A stretch of DNA of 63,975 bases, counting the filler, from Lama guanicoe (taxonomy: Eukaryota): NCBI GenBank assembly GCA_013239625.1. It is 193 parts of 193 records of this genome, joined end to end, with 100 filler letters (N's around TTAATTAATTAA, not from the genome) between each part and the next. Parts side by side here need not be neighbours in the genome. Positions count along the whole stretch, not along the records: positions 52,124 to 52,355 come from PNXV01044374.1; positions 52,456 to 52,687 come from PNXV01044375.1; positions 52,788 to 53,019 come from PNXV01044376.1; positions 53,120 to 53,351 come from PNXV01044377.1; positions 53,452 to 53,683 come from PNXV01044378.1; positions 53,784 to 54,015 come from PNXV01044379.1; positions 54,116 to 54,347 come from PNXV01044380.1; positions 54,448 to 54,679 come from PNXV01044381.1; 185 more parts are not named here. One strand, written 5' to 3'. Positions 52,124-62,315 of the stretch are shown here, piece by piece (within the stretch, counting starts at the first letter, position 1; every line of letters starts with the position of its first letter). The notes beneath the pieces are model-generated. The model was given only the letters and a program-made list of their open reading frames with translations, had not been told where the DNA came from and made no database searches. The position numbers and the translations under genes are program-made.

Positions 52124-52355
52124 TTAGAAACGCGACACCAATGGGAGTGAGAACTGGGACTGTGTCGCGGGTGTCCAGGCAGGAAGGCCCGGGGAAATGG
52201 GGCATCCCCAGCACAGATTGTCCCCGTCCTCGATGAGACCTCTCCACCCCCGAGAGCCACGGCCTCCTGGGGACCTGGGACTTCGCTGTGATCCCACCCC
52301 TCCTGCACTGAGAGCTGTTCTTCACACCATCTCACTGAGTCCTGTCCCAGTGGCT
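52124..52355 (-). promoter_or_regulatory. MHC class I proximal promoter, copy 1
   Basis: The minus strand reads gaagtcccagg...gtggctctc...GGGGATGCCCC (enhancer A kB-like, 52199-52209)...gggccttcctgcctggacac (X-box region)...cccagttctcactcccATTGGtgtcgcgtttct (Y box/enhancer B, 52138-52142), colinear with recalled HLA-A/B promoters. Confidence 0.85.
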
Positions 52356-52455
52356 NNNNNNNNNNNNNNNNNNNNNNNNNNNNNNNNNNNNNNNNNNNNT
52401 TAATTAATTAANNNNNNNNNNNNNNNNNNNNNNNNNNNNNNNNNNNNNNNNNNNN

Positions 52456-52687
52456 TTAGAAACGCGACACCAATGGGAGTGAGAACTGGGACTGTGTCGC
52501 GGGTATCCAGGTTGGAAGGCCCGGGGAAATGGGGCATCCCCAACACAGATTGTTCCCGTCCTCGATGAGACCCCTCCACCCCTGAGAGCTACGGCCTCCT
52601 GGGGACCTGGGACTTCGCTGTGATCCCACCCCTCCTGTACTGAGAGCTGTTCTTCACACCATCTCACTGAGTCCTGTCCCAGTGGCT
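52456..52687 (-). promoter_or_regulatory. MHC class I proximal promoter, copy 2 (allele or paralog)
   Basis: 9 substitutions relative to copy 1, with the first and last 49 nt identical. Confidence 0.85.
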
Positions 52688-54141
52688 NNNNNNNNNNNNN
52701 NNNNNNNNNNNNNNNNNNNNNNNNNNNNNNNTTAATTAATTAANNNNNNNNNNNNNNNNNNNNNNNNNNNNNNNNNNNNNNNNNNNNGATTTATTTTGTT
52801 ATTTCTCCTATTTTCTATTTCCTCTCCTTTGCTTTCTTTTGCTCCTTTGCTCTCCTCTCTCTAGCCCTTTTTTCTTTATCCTATCTCAAGATCCCATCTC
52901 TTATTTACGTGCTCTCATGCTCAAGTCAATTTATAAATGTAGACAGGAATATGTACAAATGTCAGCTTTCTATTTTGAGTGGAAATTACCTTACTAGAAT
53001 GTTTATAAAAATGGATTACNNNNNNNNNNNNNNNNNNNNNNNNNNNNNNNNNNNNNNNNNNNNTTAATTAATTAANNNNNNNNNNNNNNNNNNNNNNNNN
53101 NNNNNNNNNNNNNNNNNNNGTAGTACCAAGTCTAATTTTCTTTGTGTTCAACTCTAAGAATCTACTTCACCATAAATGTCATCTGGCTTCTTTTAGCTTT
53201 GCATAATTTATATTCAATTTCATGACACTCCCAAAATTACAAATTACTCTGTGTCTCTTCAGTGTCCAAACTTACAGTTAGAATCGCCTCACCAACACTA
53301 ATCATATTACAGATAAAGAGGGTAACAGGTTGGGTACATGTTCATAAGACTNNNNNNNNNNNNNNNNNNNNNNNNNNNNNNNNNNNNNNNNNNNNTTAAT
53401 TAATTAANNNNNNNNNNNNNNNNNNNNNNNNNNNNNNNNNNNNNNNNNNNNCTTCCTTAAAACTACAATCAGAAGTCTTCTATTTTACAAATACACTTGT
53501 CGTTACAATTAACAAGATTGAACAAACTGGTTATTGAGGGTTACACGTGCATAACTGCTTTGAACTTATTAAAAAGGCAAATAACTTGATTAAAATGCTT
53601 AAAGGTCCAATTCCTTAAACCATGTTTTTCATAACAATCTAAGTAGCTTAAAACCTTTTTAAGAAGGGCAGTAATGCTTTTCANNNNNNNNNNNNNNNNN
53701 NNNNNNNNNNNNNNNNNNNNNNNNNNNTTAATTAATTAANNNNNNNNNNNNNNNNNNNNNNNNNNNNNNNNNNNNNNNNNNNNGCCGTCCTCAGGTCATG
53801 AGTGGCTCCCCACAACTCCCCCTTTATTGTTTTAAAAACGCCAATTCATCTCAAACCTAGTACACCCTGCTAATTTTGAGACCGCCAATGGATGCGATTA
53901 AAAGCAAGCATGCACTGTGTTAAAAATTCCGACAGGCAAGAAAGTATACAAGGAGCCATACAAATTAAGATCAAAATAATTATCACAATCACTAAAACAT
54001 GTTTCCACCAATCACNNNNNNNNNNNNNNNNNNNNNNNNNNNNNNNNNNNNNNNNNNNNTTAATTAATTAANNNNNNNNNNNNNNNNNNNNNNNNNNNNN
54101 NNNNNNNNNNNNNNNAGGAAATTGCAACGAATGTATTTACT

Positions 54142-54261
54142 CTACTGACTTTCAAGTTTCGGGGAGCTCTGTCTGGCATGGATGTCGTCAGTGTATCTCA
54201 CGGTTACAAATGGGGAGAAAGCTGTGGGCTCGGAGATGCGCCAAGTTTCCATCGGCTCATC
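54142..54261 (-). CDS. Putative terminal coding exon, gene unassigned
   Basis: Pyrimidine tract plus acceptor (tttccctttctgttatcaacacag|) followed by DEPMETWRISEPTAFSPFVTVRYTDDIHARQSSPKLESQ*. Not recognised. Confidence 0.35.
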   Translation of the reverse strand, partial: DEPMETWRISEPTAFSPFVTVRYTDDIHARQSSPKLESQ

Positions 54262-54779
54262 CTGTGTTGATAACAGAAAGGGAAACGGAGGCCTGCAGGG
54301 GGTAGTGGCTTCGTAAGGCCACTCAGTCACTGAGGAGCAGAACGGACNNNNNNNNNNNNNNNNNNNNNNNNNNNNNNNNNNNNNNNNNNNNTTAATTAAT
54401 TAANNNNNNNNNNNNNNNNNNNNNNNNNNNNNNNNNNNNNNNNNNNNTTTAGGCTTTATATTTTTCTTCATACATTTCAAGGGTATTACTTTATTCTACT
54501 TCACAATTGACTGATAGTATGCCTAACCAATGAATTCTAAAGTAGACATCATTTTTCATCATAAATGTGAACACATGATGCTCAGGTGTCTTTCAGATTT
54601 GTTTCTGAGTTCAATGATATTCTGACTCAAGATCTTTGGTATGTGACTCTCTCCTCTCTCCAGACGCTTTTAGATTTTTNNNNNNNNNNNNNNNNNNNNN
54701 NNNNNNNNNNNNNNNNNNNNNNNTTAATTAATTAANNNNNNNNNNNNNNNNNNNNNNNNNNNNNNNNNNNNNNNNNNNN

Positions 54780-55011
54780 AGGATCCTGAACTCACCAACT
54801 TCCATGGATACACTGAATTTACAACTGCATATGAAACAGTTTCCTCTGAAAGAAATCCAAAAACTAGCAACTCCTAGTTTGAACCGCATTGGACCGAGGA
54901 AAAACAAAACAAAGTCTCGCATCAAAATGGGTAGGAGAGGCTAAGACACAACCCGACAGTATAACTCCACTGCACGGCTCAGCATCTTAATCAAGAGGGA
55001 ACTTTCCTCCC
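54780..55011 (+). mobile_element. L1 5' UTR-like fragment
   Basis: ggatcctgaactcacc...catggatacactgaatttacaactgcatatg...tcctctgaaagaaatccaaaaactagc resembles laurasiatherian L1 5' ends. Confidence 0.55.
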
Positions 55012-56771
55012 NNNNNNNNNNNNNNNNNNNNNNNNNNNNNNNNNNNNNNNNNNNNTTAATTAATTAANNNNNNNNNNNNNNNNNNNNNNNNNNNNNNNNN
55101 NNNNNNNNNNNGACTTCCCTGAGAATAAGGATGATTGTGGCGGAGCCTAAGTACCTTCTGTGGACAGCACTGTCCCCTGAGGAACACTCTGCCTGATCTC
55201 CCGCAGGAGTCCGTGAAGGACAGCTCCCCAGAGCCTTTTGCGCCCAAGCGTAGCCGCTGCCGGGCGCAGGGGGGTCCTTTGTGAGTTGGGAGCAGAGAGG
55301 GCCTGGCAGGGTCCTGCAGGCAGAGCGATCACCCAGGTGCGGCNNNNNNNNNNNNNNNNNNNNNNNNNNNNNNNNNNNNNNNNNNNNTTAATTAATTAAN
55401 NNNNNNNNNNNNNNNNNNNNNNNNNNNNNNNNNNNNNNNNNNNTGCTGGGTTTCCCAGTGTGGCCACATGTGTGCCTCCCAGCAAGCACATCGTGTGGCA
55501 TAAACGAGGGTTGCAAGGTGCCTTGCAAAAATTTTAAGGTCACTCAATTGCAAAAGGTATTCATTGATGACTATGGTTCCAGCACAGACTCCATCTAGTA
55601 ATTTATAAGAGGCATGTAAATAGGCTTGGCTGCTGGGCTGGTAGATGTTAGAGCAGGGATGGGGCAAAAAGGAACNNNNNNNNNNNNNNNNNNNNNNNNN
55701 NNNNNNNNNNNNNNNNNNNTTAATTAATTAANNNNNNNNNNNNNNNNNNNNNNNNNNNNNNNNNNNNNNNNNNNNGTTCTACAGAAAGCTTGAAAATTTG
55801 GAGCACACATTCCTATTTGAGAAGCTTTGATCAGTGATTAATAAAAAAATGAATAAATGAATGATTGAATGAGGAATTGATATAAAACTGAATGTGTTGG
55901 TAATTTACAATGTGACCTGAAAGTAAGGAATTGGATGATCTATTTTAATGTTTGGTACTATTAGTCAGAAACTCTCTAAGAAAAGTCATGATATTAAGGT
56001 TTGCAAANNNNNNNNNNNNNNNNNNNNNNNNNNNNNNNNNNNNNNNNNNNNTTAATTAATTAANNNNNNNNNNNNNNNNNNNNNNNNNNNNNNNNNNNNN
56101 NNNNNNNATTACAATTTTAGCCCAGAGGAGGTTCTGTTTATAATTCAAAGCCTGTTGAACGTTCAGGTAAGTGGCCAAAGTTATCAAACCGTTTCCTTAG
56201 ACCACTTCTCATGAATGCAATAACGTTATTCATCTTAAGCCAAAGAACTTCACGGTTACCTTTGTTATAGCATCATTTTGAAAAGTTGAGGTTTAAGAAT
56301 GAATATATATCTAGAGAGCATTTACCTTGCACAACTTTANNNNNNNNNNNNNNNNNNNNNNNNNNNNNNNNNNNNNNNNNNNNTTAATTAATTAANNNNN
56401 NNNNNNNNNNNNNNNNNNNNNNNNNNNNNNNNNNNNNNNAAAGGGTTTCAGAGTCAAGAAGCAGATGGGGAGAAGATGTTGGCATTAACCTCAAAGACTA
56501 AACAAACCCTGAGCAAATTGGGCACTTACTTACTTATACTAAAATACAACGCGTAGTTATTCTGCAAAATGAGTCACCCACAGTAATCAAAGTTTTCATA
56601 AACCAAGTAAACAACGTCCTGTATTTTAGGCCCTTTGGCATCACAGCCAGGCTTTCCCAGTGACAATTTATNNNNNNNNNNNNNNNNNNNNNNNNNNNNN
56701 NNNNNNNNNNNNNNNTTAATTAATTAANNNNNNNNNNNNNNNNNNNNNNNNNNNNNNNNNNNNNNNNNNNN

Positions 56772-57003
56772 TGAAAAAAGGCTCAAAGTCGCTCATTAAC
56801 AGAGAAGTGCAAATCAAAACGCCAATGAGGCATCACCTCACACGGATCAGAATGCCCAACATTCCGAAGTCCACAAAGGAGAAAACGCTGGAGAGGCTGT
56901 GGAGAAAAGGGAACCCCCCTGCACTGCCAGTGGGAATGTAGTTTGGTGCAGCCCTTGTGGAAAACAGTAGGCAGATTCCTCAAAAGACTAAAACTAGACT
57001 TGC
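56772..57003 (+). mobile_element. L1 ORF2 C-terminal (Cys-rich region) fragment
   Basis: agagaagtgcaaatcaaaac...catcacctcacac...gctggagaggctgtggagaaaagggaaccc...tggtgcagcccttgtggaaaacagta. Confidence 0.93.
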
Positions 57004-58099
57004 NNNNNNNNNNNNNNNNNNNNNNNNNNNNNNNNNNNNNNNNNNNNTTAATTAATTAANNNNNNNNNNNNNNNNNNNNNNNNNNNNNNNNNNNNNNNNN
57101 NNNGGATGGGAGCCGGCAAGGGGCTGATACTACCCTGCCTGCTGAGCTTATGGCTTCACTGCATCCGTCCGGCTGGGTAACCTTTGTGCAAACAGATAGG
57201 GAAGTGGTGTCCCTTCGATTCCTCCTGCCCAGAGCCGCTGGGGAAAGCAGGCCGTTTATCACAGGGGAGCTGAGAAGAGCTTTGCGGAAAGCCTGGCAGC
57301 TATTTTTGGGTGGCACATTCTCTGTGGCCTGGAACNNNNNNNNNNNNNNNNNNNNNNNNNNNNNNNNNNNNNNNNNNNNTTAATTAATTAANNNNNNNNN
57401 NNNNNNNNNNNNNNNNNNNNNNNNNNNNNNNNNNNAAGACTAAGACACAGGTTTTTTGCTTTCATGATTTCACATATAGGCAGAGAGAGGGGAGATGTGG
57501 GTCAACGTAGAAATATATAATCAAAATACAACGTGTAAAAACTGCTACAGAGTTGTGTACAAGCAACATGTAATACAACAGAGGAGCTGATTGTTACTGA
57601 TTCAAGAAATAACAGAGGTGAAGACAATGAGCTGACTAGCTGAGGGTGCTGAGTACCCCTGGGGGGGNNNNNNNNNNNNNNNNNNNNNNNNNNNNNNNNN
57701 NNNNNNNNNNNTTAATTAATTAANNNNNNNNNNNNNNNNNNNNNNNNNNNNNNNNNNNNNNNNNNNNACAGGCTGCTGAAAGTTAGCTTTTATGTGTTTG
57801 TAAAGCATCATTGTCCTTAATGTATCTTGTCTACTTTGCTTCTTGGTGATGCTTCATTGATTGGTTCTCGTGCGTTTGTTTAACTCTTGCAGATCCCCCT
57901 GGAATTAGGCACTCAAGGCCTTATGCACCCAAAAAAACCCATCATTTTACAAGTTGTGCCCAGACACGGAACCTTAAATGAAGCCTGACTTTCCCTAAGN
58001 NNNNNNNNNNNNNNNNNNNNNNNNNNNNNNNNNNNNNNNNNNNTTAATTAATTAANNNNNNNNNNNNNNNNNNNNNNNNNNNNNNNNNNNNNNNNNNNN

Positions 58100-58330
58100 C
58101 CTGCTGCAAATCACTAGGCGCTTGCTTAATCTCTTCATGGCTGCCTGCACCTCCTGGTTCCTCAGGGTGTAGATCATGGGGTTGAGCATGGGGGTCAAGA
58201 CCGTGTAGCTGATGGACACAGCCTTGTCCATGGGGAAGGGAGTGAAGGGCCGGGAGTAGACATAGATACAGGGAACGAAGATCATAGACACGACGATGAT
58301 GTGGGTGGTGCAGGTGGAAGCTGCCTTCCT
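58100..58330 (-). CDS. Olfactory receptor, OR4D subfamily-like, TM6-TM7 and C-terminus (partial)
   Basis: [68 protein letters not shown] contains the KA.STC..H and [12 protein letters not shown] motifs, and the frame is open throughout. Confidence 0.95.
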
Positions 58331-59427
58331 CNNNNNNNNNNNNNNNNNNNNNNNNNNNNNNNNNNNNNNNNNNNNTTAATTAATTAANNNNNNNNNNNNN
58401 NNNNNNNNNNNNNNNNNNNNNNNNNNNNNNNAAGGCACTGAAACGTGCCTAGTTAAAAACAAACTTCAACAAAGAAAGCAACAGAGGGACAACACAAATG
58501 TACGAAACACACGGTTAACCAGCAGAAACTCGTGCAAAGAACAGACAAGCATGATTTCTGGGTAACGCTCCTAAAAATCCTAGAAAGTAAAACATTCAGA
58601 GAAATCCAATGTATCTCATTCAAGGAACAGATACTGAGCGCCTGCATCTCACAAGCTCTGGGCNNNNNNNNNNNNNNNNNNNNNNNNNNNNNNNNNNNNN
58701 NNNNNNNTTAATTAATTAANNNNNNNNNNNNNNNNNNNNNNNNNNNNNNNNNNNNNNNNNNNNTCCTTATTCTCTTCCTTCAAGTAATCTTAAAGACGTG
58801 TGTGTTGGTCCCTGTGTCACCTCCAGTTTGGTGACGTGTGAGAAGCAGTCGCAGATCTCAGCGTGCAGCTGTCCTCACAGAGAAACGCTACTCCAGCAAA
58901 AGGGCGCCAGGCAGGACCGGCACAGGGAAAGGCACGTGTGGGTGCATCCGCAGGACACAACCTAGTTAATCCCTCCAGTAACGTACTGTGACAGTNNNNN
59001 NNNNNNNNNNNNNNNNNNNNNNNNNNNNNNNNNNNNNNNTTAATTAATTAANNNNNNNNNNNNNNNNNNNNNNNNNNNNNNNNNNNNNNNNNNNNTGATA
59101 TAAGGCACTGTTTTAGGTTTACTTTTTTTCCATATGGATATCCAGTTTATCCATTTATTTCAAAGACATCCCTTTCTGCATTTAATTGTTTTAAATACTT
59201 AATTGAAAATCAAATGTCATTCTAATTCTGGGCCTTCTATTCTGTTCCACTAATCTGTTAATCTCTACTTAAATTACAAATTATCTTGATAAACAAAGTA
59301 ACTCAAGTTATGACACAACACATGCTTNNNNNNNNNNNNNNNNNNNNNNNNNNNNNNNNNNNNNNNNNNNNTTAATTAATTAANNNNNNNNNNNNNNNNN
59401 NNNNNNNNNNNNNNNNNNNNNNNNNNN

Positions 59428-59577
59428 AATATTGTGTTAATTCTTGGTGTACAGCATAGTGATTCAGTTATACATATATATATATGTATATTCCTTGTCA
59501 TATTCTTTTTCACTATAGGTTATTAAAAGTTATTGAATGTAGTACCCTGTGCTATACAGTAGGACCTTGTTATTTGA
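59428..59577 (-). mobile_element. L1 3' UTR
   Basis: ggtgtacagcatagtgattcagttatac...ccctgtgctatacagtaggaccttgtt. Confidence 0.85.
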
Positions 59578-60091
59578 TGCAAAAATTACTAAACAAACTA
59601 TTTGTAGACCAAACCTAGCCATGTATATGACAGAGTTGAGTTTATCTCAGGATTTAAATNNNNNNNNNNNNNNNNNNNNNNNNNNNNNNNNNNNNNNNNN
59701 NNNTTAATTAATTAANNNNNNNNNNNNNNNNNNNNNNNNNNNNNNNNNNNNNNNNNNNNCTGCTGTTAAACGTCAAGGAACTGGAAGAGCAGACTGGAAG
59801 GAAGAAGCTGGGACATGTGTTCTCAGCGCTTCCCACATGCTAGATCCCACGGCTTTGGAAAGCCCAGGATCACAACGTCTCCTCCTGATCGACTGGCGGG
59901 CACTTCCGGGACGAGCTGATCACCTCCTTATGTTGACATCTCCCCAGAAGGTTCCTTTCTGCAGCCAGGACTGATCACACCCACTTGGCTGNNNNNNNNN
60001 NNNNNNNNNNNNNNNNNNNNNNNNNNNNNNNNNNNTTAATTAATTAANNNNNNNNNNNNNNNNNNNNNNNNNNNNNNNNNNNNNNNNNNNN

Positions 60092-60323
60092 TTGCATTAA
60101 GAAGAAATTGACCATTTGAACAGACAGATCACAAGAAATGAAATAGAATTATCAATAAAATAAAAAATATCTGCAAACAAATATTCAGACCCAAATAGAT
60201 TCATTGGGGAATTTGACCAAACATAGAAAGAAAAATCCATAGTATTCTTCTTCAATCTCTTCCAAAAATTGATTTGGAGAGAGTACACCCAAACTCAAAC
60301 CATAAGGCCAACATCAACCTGAT
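60092..60323 (+). mobile_element. Decayed L1 ORF2 fragment
   Basis: gaagaaattgaccatttgaacagacagatcacaag...gattcattggggaatttgaccaaacat...ctcttccaaaaa. Homologous to 62084-62315. Confidence 0.85.
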
Positions 60324-60499
60324 NNNNNNNNNNNNNNNNNNNNNNNNNNNNNNNNNNNNNNNNNNNNTTAATTAATTAANNNNNNNNNNNNNNNNNNNNN
60401 NNNNNNNNNNNNNNNNNNNNNNNGAGAAGTACACAAAGCTCACAGAAACTGCTACAACAATCTACGATACGATATAATCACCACAGGGCAGTTACTCAC

Positions 60500-60584
60500 T
60501 CAACAAATTCTCTGAGAGGCGGTGGAACACACTTGTTAGGAACTTAGGCTTCGACGCCACGTAGCTCGGCGCCACCAGCACTAA
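60500..60584 (-). CDS. Putative internal coding exon, gene unassigned
   Basis: ttttgtag|LVLVAPSYVASKPKFLTSVFHRLSENLL|gtgagt. Only one frame is open and CpG is retained. Confidence 0.45.
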
Positions 60585-61087
60585 CTACAAAACTGACCCC
60601 AAGCAGAATTCTTAAGCAATTTCAGCCTCAGCTTTACAAACGAGAATCATCGAGANNNNNNNNNNNNNNNNNNNNNNNNNNNNNNNNNNNNNNNNNNNNT
60701 TAATTAATTAANNNNNNNNNNNNNNNNNNNNNNNNNNNNNNNNNNNNNNNNNNNNAGCATCGTGTGGTGTAGACTGGGACTGAGGGCAGAATGGTCAGTG
60801 GGGGCACCCTCTCCTGAGACTTCAGCACTGCGGATACAGCAAGCCACGTCCCACAGCAAGGGCGTTGGACTGTAGGTGGCCAGGAGTGTCTCACCTGCAC
60901 CAGGTGATGCTCATTGCTGTTCACTCAAGCCGCCGCCATATCACGGAAAGGATGGGAGAAGGGAGGAGTGGTGCATGATGGTAAGAGNNNNNNNNNNNNN
61001 NNNNNNNNNNNNNNNNNNNNNNNNNNNNNNNTTAATTAATTAANNNNNNNNNNNNNNNNNNNNNNNNNNNNNNNNNNNNNNNNNNNN

Positions 61088-61319
61088 GTCCACCCTCCCC
61101 GCCAGATTCACACGTTGAGGTCTGAACAGGACCGGACGAGGAGACAGGGGCTCCACAGAGATGACCAGGTAAAAACCAGGGCTCGTGCGGGCCCTGAGCC
61201 ACCATGACCGGTGTCCTTGTAGGAAGGGGGACGTTGACACACACGTAGGGGACATGGGAGAAGATGGCTGTCTGCAAGCCGAGGGGAGTGTCCTCAGGGG
61301 AGCCCAGCCCTGCTGACTC
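61088..61319 (+). mobile_element. MaLR LTR (MLT1-like)
   Basis: gggccctga...tgaccggtgtccttgtaggaagggg...gagaagatggctgtctgcaagccgaggggag...cagccctgctgac. Confidence 0.8.
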
Positions 61320-61419
61320 NNNNNNNNNNNNNNNNNNNNNNNNNNNNNNNNNNNNNNNNNNNNTTAATTAATTAANNNNNNNNNNNNNNNNNNNNNNNNN
61401 NNNNNNNNNNNNNNNNNNN

Positions 61420-61651
61420 GGCCAGCCCTGCCCACCAGCACACCCACAATCACTGTCCTGGCGACAACAGAAGGGCACAGGCAGGCCACCTAGGGGCACC
61501 CCTAAAGCACGTAGCTCTGCTGACCAGAGGGGAGTGTGCTGCAGCACCCCATGGGATGTCTCCTACGTAAGTCTGCTTCTCGAAGATTGGGAAACAGAAC
61601 CCATATACCAAATACGTAGACATACACACAGATAATTAGGATATGAGGACA
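61420..61651 (+). mobile_element. L1 5' UTR / ORF1 start-like fragment
   Basis: gccagccctgcccaccagcacacccaca...acaacagaagggcaca...taggggcacccctaaagca resembles older L1M 5' regions. Confidence 0.55.
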
Positions 61652-62083
61652 NNNNNNNNNNNNNNNNNNNNNNNNNNNNNNNNNNNNNNNNNNNNTTAAT
61701 TAATTAANNNNNNNNNNNNNNNNNNNNNNNNNNNNNNNNNNNNNNNNNNNNTTGTCTGCACCTCTTGGGACCATACCTTCTGGAAGCACAATGTGGGCCA
61801 CAGCAGTGAGAGGAGACATCCGTTTTCCTGCTGGCTGTAGGAGATGTAGCTGAGACACTGGATCATTGTCATTTCATCATCTATAGGCACAACTGTTAAA
61901 ATGCAGATTTTAATAGTTACAGCAATTTAAAGGTTACAATACTTCTGAAGAACATAGTCTCCATCCTTACCTAAGAAGGCATTNNNNNNNNNNNNNNNNN
62001 NNNNNNNNNNNNNNNNNNNNNNNNNNNTTAATTAATTAANNNNNNNNNNNNNNNNNNNNNNNNNNNNNNNNNNNNNNNNNNNN

Positions 62084-62315
62084 AATATGAGTAGACCAAT
62101 TACCAGTACTGAATTAAGTCAGTAATTTTAAAATATCCACAAGCAAAGGTCCAGGACTAGTTGGCTTCACGGGTGAATTCTAACATAAATTTACAGAAGA
62201 GTTAACATCTAACCTTCTGAAACTATTCCAAAAAATTAAAGTGGAAGGAAAAATTTCAAATTCATCCTATGAGGCCACACTCACCCTGATACCAAAACAA
62301 GACAGATATCAAAAA
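62084..62315 (+). mobile_element. L1 ORF2 fragment (upstream of the RT core)
   Basis: ccaggactagttggcttcacgggtgaattcta...ctattccaaaaaat...ttcatcctatgaggcca...accctgataccaaaac covers the PGPDGF..EFY and ITLIPK region. Confidence 0.9.

Noticed and set aside
52068..52667. Duplicated 87-aa ORF MRWCEEQLSV...
   Set aside because: It is a chance ORF across the MHC class I promoter and extends into the spacer.
16601..52687. Novel immune gene cluster (LILR, TRBJ, MHC I)
   Set aside because: These loci are unlinked in mammals. Their co-occurrence reflects assembly failure in multigene families.
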